Source: Macrostomum lignano (taxonomy: Eukaryota). Taken from it: a stretch of 29,852 bases of DNA. Under the pieces are notes generated by a model, which did no database searches, had not been told where the DNA came from, and was given only the letters and a program-made list of their open reading frames with translations. The stretch lies in the NCBI GenBank assembly GCA_002269645.1, contig NIVC01004968.1:1-29852 (forward strand), given 5' to 3'. Shown here piece by piece: positions 10,640 through 21,306 of this stretch (position 1 is its first letter; every line of letters starts with the position of its first letter). The translations under genes and the position numbers were made by a program.

Positions 10640-11405
10640 GATCAGGTGACAATCACACGCTAATCTAATCAGTGATCAGGTGACAATCACACTAATCTAA
10701 TTAGTGATCAGGTGAAAATCACACTAATCTAATTAGTGATCAGGTGACAATCACACTAATCTAATTAGTGATCAGGTGACAATCACACTAATCTAATCAG
10801 TGATCAGGTGACAATCACACTTATCTAATCAGTGATCAGGTGACAATCACACACTAATCTAATCAGTAATCAGGTGACAATCACACACTAATCTAATTAG
10901 TGATCAGGTGAAAATCACACTAATCTAATTAGTGATCAGGTTACAATCACACACTAATCTAATCAGTGATCAGGTGACAATCACACACTAATCTAATCGG
11001 TGATCAGGTGACAATAACACACTAATCTAATTAGTGATCAGGTGACAATCACACTAATCTAATTAGTGATCAGGTGACAATCACACACTAATCTAATCAG
11101 TGATCAGGTGACCATCACACACTAATCTAATCGGTGATCAGGTGACAATCACACACTAATCTAATTAGTGATCAGGTGACAATCACACTAATCTAATTAG
11201 TGATCAGGTGACAATCACACACTAATCTAATCAGTGATCAGGTGACAATAACACACTAATCTAATTAGTGATCAGGTGACAATCACACTAATCTAATTAG
11301 TGATCAGGTGACAATCAAACACTAATCTAATCAGTGATCGGGTGACAATCACACACTAATCTAATCAGTGATAAGATGACAATCACACAATAATCTGATC
11401 AATGA
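10640..11405. repeat. 32/34-bp tandem repeat (GTGATCAGGTGACAATCACAC(AC)TAATCTAAT(T/C)A)n, about 23 copies, intronic
   Basis: Period 32 at 10681/10713; the 34-bp variant has an extra CA. Confidence 0.96.
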
Positions 11406-11437
11406 TATAAAAATAATTTCAATAAGTAAAACCTTAC

Positions 11438-11639
11438 TTTAGGCGAATAATAACGCATATATTCGGTGAGCGGCCGTTTCAGATGCTCATATTCGGATGC
11501 ATCGTCAACTAGAATAATTTCTTTAATAAGACTAGGCGGAGACCGATTGATAACCGAGTGCACAGTGCGCAGGAGCACTGACCAGGCCTCGTTGTGGAAG
11601 CAGATAATTACAGATGTGTCCGGCAGAGGACCCGGGTAT
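11438..11639 (-). CDS. GALNT: GALNT exon, start of GT-A domain (not in ORF track)
   Basis: Acceptor aactgcAG|A, donor AAA|GTAAGG; 202 nt: [67 protein letters not shown], in frame with the next exon (VRILR). Confidence 0.96.
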
Positions 11640-11702
11640 CTGCAGTTTTAGGGGAAAGAGCGCCTGTTTTTATAAGGCAATTTTGTAAGCAGTTCGTGTA
11701 AA

Positions 11703-14700
11703 TGAAAAAGGGGTGTTTATTAGTGACTATTGCAGGTAGCTTACGTGTGAATAAAAGGGGTGTTTATTAGTGACTATTGCAGGTAGCTTACGTGTGAATA
11801 AAAGGGGTGTTTATTAGTGACTATTGCAGGTAGCTTATGTGTGAATAAAAGGGGTGTTTATTAGTGACTATTGCAGGTAGTTTACGTGTGAATAAAAGGG
11901 GTGTTTATTAGTGACTATTGCAGGTAGCTTATGTGTGAATAAAAGGGGTGTTTATTAGTGACTATTGCAGGTAGCTTATGTGTGAATAAAAGGGGTGTTT
12001 ATTAGTGACTATTGCAGGTAGCTTATGTGTGAATAAAAGGGGTGTTTATTAGTGACTATTGCAGGTAGCTTACGTGTGAATAAAAGGGGTGTTTATTAGT
12101 GACTATTGCAGGTAGCTTACGTGTGAATAAAAGGGGTGTTTATTAGTGACTATTGCAGGTAGCTTACGTGTGAATAAAAGGGGTGTTTATTAGTGACTTT
12201 TGCAGGTAGTTTACGTGTGAATAAAAGGGGTGTTTATTAGTGACTATTGCAGGTAGCTTACGTGTGAATAAAAGGGGTGTTTATTAGTGACTATTGCAGG
12301 TAGCTTACGTGTGAATAAAAGGGGTGTTTATTAGTGACTTTTGCAGGTAGTTTACGTGTGAATAAAAGGGGTGTTTATTAGTGACTATTGCAGGTAGCTT
12401 ATGTGTGAATAAAAGGGGTGTTTATTAGTGACTATTGCAGGTAGCTTATGTATGAATAAAAGGGGTGTTTATTAGTGACTTTTGCAGGTAGTTTACGTGT
12501 GAATAAAAGGGGTGTTTATTAGTGACTATTGCAGGTAGCTTATGTGTGAATAAAAGGGGTGTTTATTAGTGACTATTGCAGGTAGCTTATGTGTGAATAA
12601 AAGGGGTGTTTATTAGTGACTATTGCAGGTAGTTTACGTGTGAATAAAAGGGGTGTTTATTAGTGACTATTGCAGGTAGCTTATGTGTGAATAAAAGGGG
12701 TGTTTATTAGTGACTATTGCAGGTAGCTTACGTGTGAATAAAAGGGGTGTTTATTAGTGACTATTGCAGGTAGCTTACGTGTGAATAAAAGGGGTGTTTA
12801 TTAGTGACTATTGCAGGTAGCTTATGTGTGAATAAAAGGGGTGTTTATTAGTGACTATTGCAGGTAGTTTACGTGTGAATAAAAGGGGTGTTTATTAGTG
12901 ACTATTGCAGGTAGCTTATGTGTGAATAAAAGGGGTGTTTATTAGTGACTATTGCAGGTAGCTTATGTGTGAATAAAAGGGGTGTTTATTAGTGACTATT
13001 GCAGGTAGCTTATGTGTGAATAAAAGGGGTGTTTATTAGTGACTATTGCAGGTAGCTTACGTGTGAATAAAAGGGGTGTTTATTAGTGACTATTGCAGGT
13101 AGCTTACGTGTGAATAAAAGGGGTGTTTATTAGTGACTATTGCAGGTAGCTTACGTGTGAATAAAAGGGGTGTTTATTAGTGACTTTTGCAGGTAGTTTA
13201 CGTGTGAATAAAAGGGGTGTTTATTAGTGACTATTGCAGGTAGCTTACGTGTGAATAAAAGGGGTGTTTATTAGTGACTATTGCAGGTAGCTTACGTGTG
13301 AATAAAAGGGGTGTTTATTAGTGACTTTTGCAGGTAGTTTACGTGTGAATAAAAGGGGTGTTTATTAGTGACTATTGCAGGTAGCTTATGTGTGAATAAA
13401 AGGGGTGTTTATTAGTGACTATTGCAGGTAGCTTATGTGTGAATAAAAGGGGTGTTTATTAGTGACTTTTGCAGGTAGTTTACGTGTGAATAAAAGGGGT
13501 GTTTATTAGTGACTATTGCAGGTAGTTTACCTGTGAATTAAAGGGGTGTTTATTAGTGACTATTGCAGGTAGCTTATGTGTGAATAAAAGGGGTGTTTAT
13601 TAGTGACTATTGCAGGTAGTTTACGTGTGAATAAAAGGGGTGTTTATTAGTGACTATTGCAGGTAGCTTATGTGTGAATAAAAGGGGTGTTTATTAGTGA
13701 CTATTGCAGGTAGCTTACGTGTGAATAAAAGGGGTGTTTATTAGTGACTATTGCAGGTAGCTTACGTGTGAATAAAAGGGGTGTTTATTAGTGACTTTTG
13801 CAGGTAGTTTACGTGTGAATAAAAGGGGTGTTTATTAGTGACTATTGCAGGTAGCTTACGTGTGAATAAAAGGGGTGTTTATTAGTGACTTTTGCAGGTA
13901 GTTTACGTGTGAATAAAAGGGGTGTTTATTAGTGACTATTGCAGGTAGCTTATGTGTGAATAAAAGGGGTGTTTATTAGTGACTATTGCAGGTAGCTTAC
14001 GTGTGAATAAAAGGGGTGTTTATTAGTGACTATTGCAGGTAGCTTACGTGTGAATAAAAGGGGTGTTTATTAGTGACTTTTGCAGGTAGTTTACGTGTGA
14101 ATAAAAGGGGTGTTTATTAGTGACTATTGCAGGTAGCTTACGTGTGAATAAAAGGGGTGTTTATTAGTGACTTTTGCAGGTAGTTTACGTGTGAATAAAA
14201 GGGGTGTTTATTAGTGACTATTGCAGGTAGTTTACGTGTGAATAAAAGGGGTGTTTATTAGTGACTATTGCAGGTAGCTTATGTGTGAATAAAAGGGGTG
14301 TTTATTAGTGACTATTGCAGGTAGCTTATGTGTGAATAAAAGGGGTGTTTATTAGTGACTTTTGCAGGTAGTTTACGTGTGAATAAAAGGGGTGTTTATT
14401 AGTGACTATTGCAGGTAGTTTACCTGTGAATAAAAGGGGTGTTTATTAGTGACTATTGCAGGTAGCTTACGTGTGAATAAAAGGGGTGTTTATTAGTGAC
14501 TATTGCAGGTAGCTTATGTGTGAATAAAAGGGGTGTTTATTAGTGACTATTGCAGGTAGTTTACGTGTGAATAAAAGGGGTGTTTATTAGTGACTATTGC
14601 AGGTAGCTTATGTGTGAATAAAAGGGGTGTTTATTAGTGACTATTGCAGGTAGCTTATGTGTGAATAAAAGGGGTGTTTATTAGTGACTATTGCAGGTAG

Positions 14701-15270
14701 TTTACGTGTGAATAAAAGGGGTGTTTATTAGTGACTATTGCAGGTAGCTTATGTGTGAATAAAAGGGGTGTTTATTAGTGACTATTGCAGGTAGCTTATG
14801 TGTGAATAAAAGGGGTGTTTATTAGTGACTATTGCAGGCAGCTTATGTGTGAATAAAAGGGGTGTTTATTAGGGACTATTGCAGGTAGCTTATGTGTGAA
14901 TAAAAGGGGTGTTTATTAGGGACTATTGCAGGTAGCTTATGTGTGAATAAAAGGGGTGTTTATTAGTGACTATTGCAGGTAGCTTATGTGTGAATAAAAG
15001 GGGTGTTTATTAGTGACTATTGCAGGTAGCTTATGTGTGAATAAAAGGGGTGTTTATTAGGGACTATTGCAGGTAGCTTATGTGTGAATAAAAGGGGTGT
15101 TTATTAGGGACTATTGCAGGTAGCTTATGTGTGAATAAAAGGGGTGTTTATTAGGGACTATTGCAGGTAGCTTATGTGTGAATAAAAGGGGTGTTTATTA
15201 GTGACTATTGCAGGTAGTTTATGCATCAATAATAACAGGGGGTGTTTATTAGGAATCATTGCAGGTAGCT
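11703..15270. repeat. 47-bp tandem array (GTGAATAAAAGGGGTGTTTATTAGTGACTATTGCAGGTAGCTTA(C/T)GT)n, about 75 copies, filling most of a GALNT intron
   Basis: Period 47 (11751/11798); near-identical units with no spacers; last unit degenerate. Confidence 0.99.
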
Positions 15271-15308
15271 ATATAAAAATGATAGCAAACTCCATTCATA
15301 CTACTTAC

Positions 15309-15684
15309 TTAGCGGCTTTGCACTGAGCGTCGCGATTATCGCCCAACTCTCTATCCAGCGAGATCATATCGCTGGCGTATTGATTAAATGCGTTTCTCTG
15401 CCAGCCTTCGTCGTATTTTCTTCGTTCAGTGGAGGACAGCTTGTTCTTGTCAATGTTGACAGGGCGGCCGCCTTCGCCGTGCTCGTGTCCCGGGTTGGGA
15501 TAGGCGGCCCACAGCTCTCGAATATGGGCCGGCGGTGCTCGGCGAACCCGTCTGGTGACAATGTGCTGGCCGAGTTTGAGTCATCTGGATGGAGCTGCGG
15601 CTTCTGCTGCTGTGCTTGTTGATGACGATGAGCCTGGAGCATGTCCCGGTGGTGCACCCGGTTGAATATGATCTCGTCGCGTAC
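15309..15684 (-). CDS. GALNT: GALNT stem/pre-catalytic exon; 3' part certain, 5' boundary uncertain (in-frame TGA at 15583-15581)
   Basis: Donor AA|GTAAGT at 15309; phase 2 joins the next exon (K-YPGP). Conserved HGEGGRPV...KYDEGWQRNAFNQYASDMISLDRELGDNRDAQCK resembles gly-5/pgant9-type enzymes. Best acceptor tcccctgccAG at 15684; alternatives at 15565 and 15551. Confidence 0.8.
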
Positions 15685-15769
15685 CTGGCAGGGGATACCA
15701 AGTGATTAATTATATATGTATACATTATAATCCTGATAGTACTTAGTCAAAGTAGTTCAAAGCGAAATT

Positions 15770-16620
15770 TAAAGCGATTTTAAGGCGATTTTGAGCCAAC
15801 TCAAAGCAATTGTCCAGGCAAAATACAGGTAGTTTTCAAAGCGATTCTCAAGAAGAACTTTAAGCAATCTTCACGGCGCAATTCGGGCGAATCGATCGAA
15901 TCGAATCGATTCGGGATTTTCAAGGCAAAATTAAGGCGATTCTCAGAGCGAAATTAAGGCGATTCTCAGAGCGAAATTAAGGCGATTCTCAAGGCGAAGT
16001 TAGGGCGATCCTCAAGGTGAAATTAAGGTAATTTTCAAGGCGTAATAAAGAAATCTTAAGAACAAAATTACGAGATTCTCAAGGCGAAGTTAGGGCGATC
16101 CTCAAGGTGAAATGAAGGTAATTTTCAAGGCGTAATAAAGAAATCTTAAGAACAAAATTAGGAGATTCTCAAGGCGAAGTTAGGGCGATCCTCAAGGTGA
16201 AATTAAGGTAATTTTCAAGGCGTAATAAAGAAATCTTAAGAACAAAATTAGGAGATTCTCAAGGCAAAGTTAGGGCGATTCTAAAGGTGAAGTTAAGGCG
16301 ATTCTAAAGATTAATTTAAAGCGATACTCTGGGTGAATCTTAGGCGATTCGAAAGGTGAAGTTAAGGCGATTCTAAAAATTAATTTAAAGCGATTCTCTG
16401 GGTGAATCTTGGGCGATTCTCTGGGTGAATCTTGGGCGATTCTCTGGGTGAATCTTGGGCGATTCTCTGGGTGAATCTTGGGCGATTCTCTGGGTGAATC
16501 TTAGGCGGTTCTCAAGGTGAAGTTAAGGCGATTCTAAAGATTAATTTAAAGCGATACTCTGGGTGAATCTTAGGCGATTCTCAAGGTGAAGTTAAGGTGA
16601 TTCTCAGGATGTAATTAAAG
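15770..16620. repeat. Hierarchical degenerate repeat on an AAGGCGATTCTC-like base, including three 90-bp units and about five 23-bp units
   Basis: AAATCTTAAG at 16051, 16141 and 16231; CGATTCTCTGGGTGAATCTTGGG at 16391, 16414 and onward. Confidence 0.9.
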
Positions 16621-16808
16621 CAATTCCCAAGTAATGTGTTAAGGATGATGTTCTTCTGGAGGTGTACATACTCCCGGCTACGCATGAGGCGTACATCTGT
16701 GTATTCGATTCTCATGGCAATCAAAAAATTCTAGATTTAAACATTTTTCGATCAAATAGAGAACGATTTAAGCGCACACGATTTTCAGCTAGTTAGGTCG
16801 AAGTGCAG

Positions 16809-16879
16809 TCCGGAAAAATTGCCAACGAGGAGCGAAGCGAGCGAAGCGAGCGTAGCTCCTCGTTGGCAATTTTTTCGGA
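16809..16879. other. Long hairpin: 25-bp arms (one mismatch) around a GAAGCGAGCGAAGCGAGCGTA loop
   Basis: TCCGGAAAAATTGCCAACGAGGAGC (16809-16833) versus GCTCCTCGTTGGCAATTTTTTCGGA (16855-16879). Confidence 0.92.
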
Positions 16880-17060
16880 CAAACGAGACCGAGATAAGAT
16901 GTCCCGGAGACTCCCCCAACGTAAAATCAACGTTTTAGAAAATAAAATTGATGCAGAGTTAAAACCACTTGAGATGAAACCATGTGTGACCCCTCTATGG
17001 ACGTAAAACATTTAGGGCTACAAGATGTGTGACGTGAAAGTTCCATAGCAACGCGTCTTG

Positions 17061-17074
17061 GTTGCCATGGCAAC
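17061..17074. promoter_or_regulatory. Perfect RFX X-box-type palindrome GTTGCCATGGCAAC
   Basis: 14-bp palindrome matching the RFX consensus; related GTTCCATAGCAAC at 17040-17052. Function not shown. Confidence 0.4.
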
Positions 17075-17293
17075 AAAAAAGTGACTTTTTTTAGACCCGT
17101 CCAAATCTTGAATCTCAAAAAATAAGGATTCACAATATGGAGTCAAAAATTGATTGAACCCAACTTTTGGCGAATTTTCAGACCTTCAAGACACTGATTG
17201 GTTATTTTCCGCTAAATGCTTACCTTGATAGGTAATTCTGTAAAAGTGTGTTTTTTAAGTGTCAAAAAATGCGCATTTTTATCAACTTTCAAC

Positions 17294-17341
17294 TGACGCA
17301 GCTCAAAGGTCGCGCGTCAGCGCGACCTTTGAGCTGCGTCA
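17294..17341. other. Perfect hairpin: 22-bp stem, 4-nt loop
   Basis: TGACGCAGCTCAAAGGTCGCGC-GTCA-GCGCGACCTTTGAGCTGCGTCA. Confidence 0.95.
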
Positions 17342-17892
17342 TTCTAACAATGGCACCTGGGACTCTTACATGACGCACGACTTTAACCAAGATACTCACT
17401 TTAACTGTACATTCGCACCTGTTAATTACATTCGAATATTCGACGGGTAGGTATTCGAACCGAAATAAAGGAAATTCAACCTTGTTGCGAGACTCTAAAA
17501 AGTACATGAATGCGGTCATTTAGGTAAGATCTACATGTTTATAATACATTTTGAGCCGTTTCGTTGCACTGACTCTGAGCCATACACTGCTAAAGTCGAT
17601 AAACGTGATTTAGGCTATTTTTATGTATTTTTCATGATACAAATGTACAAAAAATAAGAAACGACGACATGCTAGGAAAATCAGACTTTTTAGGCAAGGT
17701 GCACAACTAAATTGCGCACAATATGTATATTTTGAAATTTCGTCTTAGTTTATTGAAGTCGCTGCCGGTACAGAAATGTACTTTAACGACGGTACGGGGG
17801 GCTTGCATATCGAACATACTTTTTAGCCTGTAACTTTTGAGCGGATTACCGGAGCGCGACGCGCTTGGTGTCATTGAACTACATTTTAGATG

Positions 17893-18955
17893 TACTTTAA
17901 TTTGAATGTATGTTCGCTGTCATTGCACGATGCGTTGTACACCTCAGGTCAGGTCACGTGACTTGCTGGAAATGAAATAATGACTTTGTACCTATACTAA
18001 GGATAGGTGAAGCGTAAGAATGAACCAAAATTTGTACTTATTAGAAACACCTAGATGACTACTGTCAGAAAAAATGATATTCACGTCTGTCAGTTGCAAA
18101 ATTTTGTTATAATTGACTTTTAAAATCGAAAAACGTGATTTTGTGCAAAAACAACCTATATGAGCACACATAGGGTGAAAAATTTATTGATTTTCGCTAT
18201 GAGGTTCTTAGCTTCCAAGAGCACTATTGTGCCCAGTAAACACGTACAGATGACTGCTATCTTCGTTAGTGTGCGAAAATTCGTATTTTTACGCTAATAA
18301 CATTTACCGAATTACGAGGTTCCGGTGTTATGCGTTTTTTTGCTATATTTCACGCTGCCATTTATTAACGATGCTACGCCAGGCCTTCAGTGTGGTGTCA
18401 ATAGTTAGCATTTAAAAAGTGCTTTAATTTGAGTGTATGTTCGCTGGCATTGCACGATGCGTTGTACACCTCAGGCCAGGTCACGTGACTTGCTGGAAAT
18501 GAAATAATGACTTTGTACCTATACTAAGGATAGGTGAAGCATAAGAATGACCCATATTAGTACTTATTAGAAACATCTAGATGAATACTCTCAGAAAAAG
18601 TGACATTCACGTCTGTCAGTTGCAAAAAAAATTTTTAATTGACTCTCAAAATCGAAAAACGTGATTTTGTGCAAAAACAACCCATTTGAGCACTACATAG
18701 GGCGGAAAATATATTAATTTTCGCTATGAGGTTCTTAGCTTCCAAGAGCACTATTGTGCCCAGTAAACACGTACAGATGACTGCCATCTTCGTTAGTGTG
18801 CGAAAATTCGTATTTTGACGCTATTAACATTTTACCGAATTACGAGGTTCCGGTACTATGCGTTTTTTTGCTATATTTCACGCTGCCATTTATTAACTAT
18901 CCTACGCCAGGCCTTCAGTGTAGTGTCAATAAATAGCATTTAGCAAGTGCTTTAA
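17893..18955. repeat. Direct tandem duplication of a ~528-bp unit (2 copies, roughly 90% identical by eye)
   Basis: CTTTAA junction motif at 17895, 18422 and 18950; shared blocks such as GTCACGTGACTTGCTGGAAATGAAATAATGACTTTGTACC. Confidence 0.93.
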
Positions 18956-20448
18956 GATGACATCATGCGCATTGCGTTGCGTAAAAGTGTGGGTCCACAG
19001 TTTCGTAACAAGTTAAAATGACCTGATTTCGCAAAAATCTTTAAAACAAAAAATACCAAATAGGTAACTAAAAAGCCTTTTGAAACTGAATAAAAAATGC
19101 ACATAAAAGTGCTATTTTGTAACGTAAAAAGTCTTGCGTCCTGCAAAAATCTTCTATGGTGACTTTTTGGAGCCGTGAAGTGTAAAAACGTGCGCATTTT
19201 TAAAGCTGTTGAACTTACTTTTTGAGGTATATTTTGAAAATAGGCATTTTATAAATTGTATAACAAAATTTAATTGAAGAAAGCAATAAGGTAAAATAGA
19301 ATTCGAAATTATTTAATTTTGAAATAATTAAACTGTACATTTCAGTCGTTCTGTTCCTTATAATTTCTACAAAAATTTAAATTTAAATCGGTTATGTTAA
19401 CAGTAGTTTATTGCTGTAGGACAAATTTGACCCCAAATTTTCAAAGCAACTTATCTAAGCAAACGCTATCTAAATCTGAAATATTTTCAAGCTTCAATCT
19501 GTAGCTATAATATTCGGTTTTGTTACGCTATTTATTCGTATCCTACTACATTATATATAATTATTGTACAATATATTATATTCTACAAGTACAAGTTTTA
19601 ATTGTAATATATTCAATTGTTATCAGTTTTACACTGTAAGTGTAAGCTTCAAATTTTATTTGAAATATAACTGAAGTATAGTACTTTAATATTATTTTAT
19701 AGCTAATTAATTGTATTCTGCCAAATATTTACGTTTTTTTTCTCTGCTTTGCTTTTTGCTCCATATTTTTATAAATTATAGTCATATTTACATATATCTT
19801 TTAAAAGTACTCATCCTTTCACATTTTATTTTGTAGTTATCAGTCAAATTTAACTTGAATTTTCCTTTTGTTTGCATAATTTTGACTTAAGACTTTAGTT
19901 TTGAAGTAAGTATTCTTTTTATTTCTTCATATGTTTAGCATAGTACAAATATCTGTAGTACTCTGCTTAATGGTAGAAGTTTGTGGACACTTTTTATAAA
20001 TTCTGCTCAATTTATTATAAATTTAGCATTTTTGCTAGACAATATATACATGCCAATGCTCCTTATATCAAGCAATGCTTGAAAGTGCTAGACACTTAGT
20101 TTATGGTGAATTTTTACCAAGGGATGTTTTTTTGCTGATATAGAATTCCTAGAAGCATGTACAAAAACATGGAATATGCCTGAAAAAACTCTAGAAAATA
20201 TGCACTAAATCCAAGAAAAAATGTTGAAAGCACAAAAACTACATGGCACACACCGCCTATATGCCAGTATATTATGCTGCAGCATATTAATCCACAATCC
20301 AGTAGCAGTGCTAGTGTTCGTAGTTTAACTAAATTTGCCACCAGAAAAGAGTTGAGTTAACTTGGTAAAGAGTAGCATGTTTTCTGTGTTTAGCTAATTA
20401 GTTTCTTTATCATTCTGAAATATTTACTAACATGTTTATTTAGACAGG

Positions 20449-20527
20449 ATGGGCAACGACAAAAACAGCATCAAGGACAACACTAGCATTAACAAGGATA
20501 CAAGTGCTTCTTCTGTTGCTGCCAATA
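20449..20527 (+). CDS. Predicted first coding exon of the Helitron RepHel gene
   Basis: ATG at 20449, preceded by TACTAAC (20425-20431) and AG acceptors; MGNDKNSIKDNTSINKDTSASSVAAN; donor A|GTAAGT, phase 1 matches exon 2. Confidence 0.6.
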
Positions 20528-20734
20528 GTAAGTTTTGTACATTTGTTGCAACTTGCAGGTGATAGGTGCTACTTTCAGGAATAGTTTCAAAGCAATCCTA
20601 CCTTTATTATTAATATTCACACCTTAGGAAACCAGCTTTTACTAGCATTCTTGGCTGCCCATTTGGGCAACAGACAAACTAAAAAGTTCCTGCACTACAC
20701 AATTTATTTACCAAACAATAAATCTCAATTGTTC

Positions 20735-21030
20735 ACACTATAACTCACACTGAATAGTTCACAGGTAATTCTGTAAAAAAGTGTTTTTCAGATGTCTAAA
20801 AATGTGAATTTTTCAAACTCTTAACTGACGCAGCTCAAATCAATAGTTCACACTCAATAGTTTAGATTGAATAGTTTCGCCTGAATAGTTTTGACAGACA
20901 GAATAATTTCAACTGAATAGTTACAACTGAATAGTTTAGACTTAATAATCTTGACTGAGTAGTTTTGACTGAATAGTGTGAACTCAATAGTTTCGACTGA
21001 GTAGTTTCGACTGAATAGTTTCGACAAAGG
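20735..21030. repeat. Degenerate minisatellite of (ACT)GAATAGTT(T) words inside RepHel intron 1
   Basis: More than 12 AATAGTT/AGTAGTT words, interrupted by a 77-bp insert at 20763-20839. Confidence 0.8.
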
Positions 21031-21242
21031 GAATAAATTCAATTGGAATCTGACCTTGTTTGACAGATCATTAAAATAATTATAGAAACTCTATTTTCGA
21101 ATGTTTAACACCCTTAGAATTTGAGCAGATTTAAGAAATTTTGACCACTGTATAATCAGTGCAAAATCTGCAATAGTTTAGAAAAAACGCTATCAAAATT
21201 GATCAAGAATGGCACGCTCTAGAGCGAAATAGATGGACAGAC

Positions 21243-21265
21243 ATATATATATATATATATATATA
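21243..21265. repeat. (AT)n microsatellite preceded by GGACAGAC
   Basis: Read directly. Confidence 0.9.
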
Positions 21266-21306
21266 GGTAGATTTATAAATTTCTTTTTTACTGTGACTTT
21301 AAACAG

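Larger units (their letters stand above)
16790..19230. mobile_element. Putative non-coding transposon-derived segment (non-autonomous element or Helitron 5' terminal region); bounds uncertain
   Basis: Two long hairpins, several palindromic motifs, an internal 528-bp duplication and no credible ORF. Termini and target site not identified. Confidence 0.3.

Noticed and set aside
11703-15270. CRISPR-like array
   Set aside because: Units are contiguous near-identical 47-mers with no unique spacers, there are no cas genes, and the context is a eukaryotic intron. The same applies to the other arrays.
15581-15583. Selenocysteine or programmed readthrough at the GALNT TGA
   Set aside because: No SECIS-like evidence, the position is in a non-conserved stem, and an indel or alternative acceptor is simpler.
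15888-15913. Small CGAATCGAT palindromic cluster
   Set aside because: Short, and explained by local repetition within the degenerate satellite.
16793-17011. Overlapping ORFs on both strands
   Set aside because: Artefact of the 25-bp inverted repeat; no recognisable motifs.
20114-20341. Hydrophobic minus-strand ORF as the missing GALNT transmembrane exon
   Set aside because: GTG start, hydrophobicity explained by T-rich composition, ends in a stop, and no convincing donor; not excluded but unsupported.
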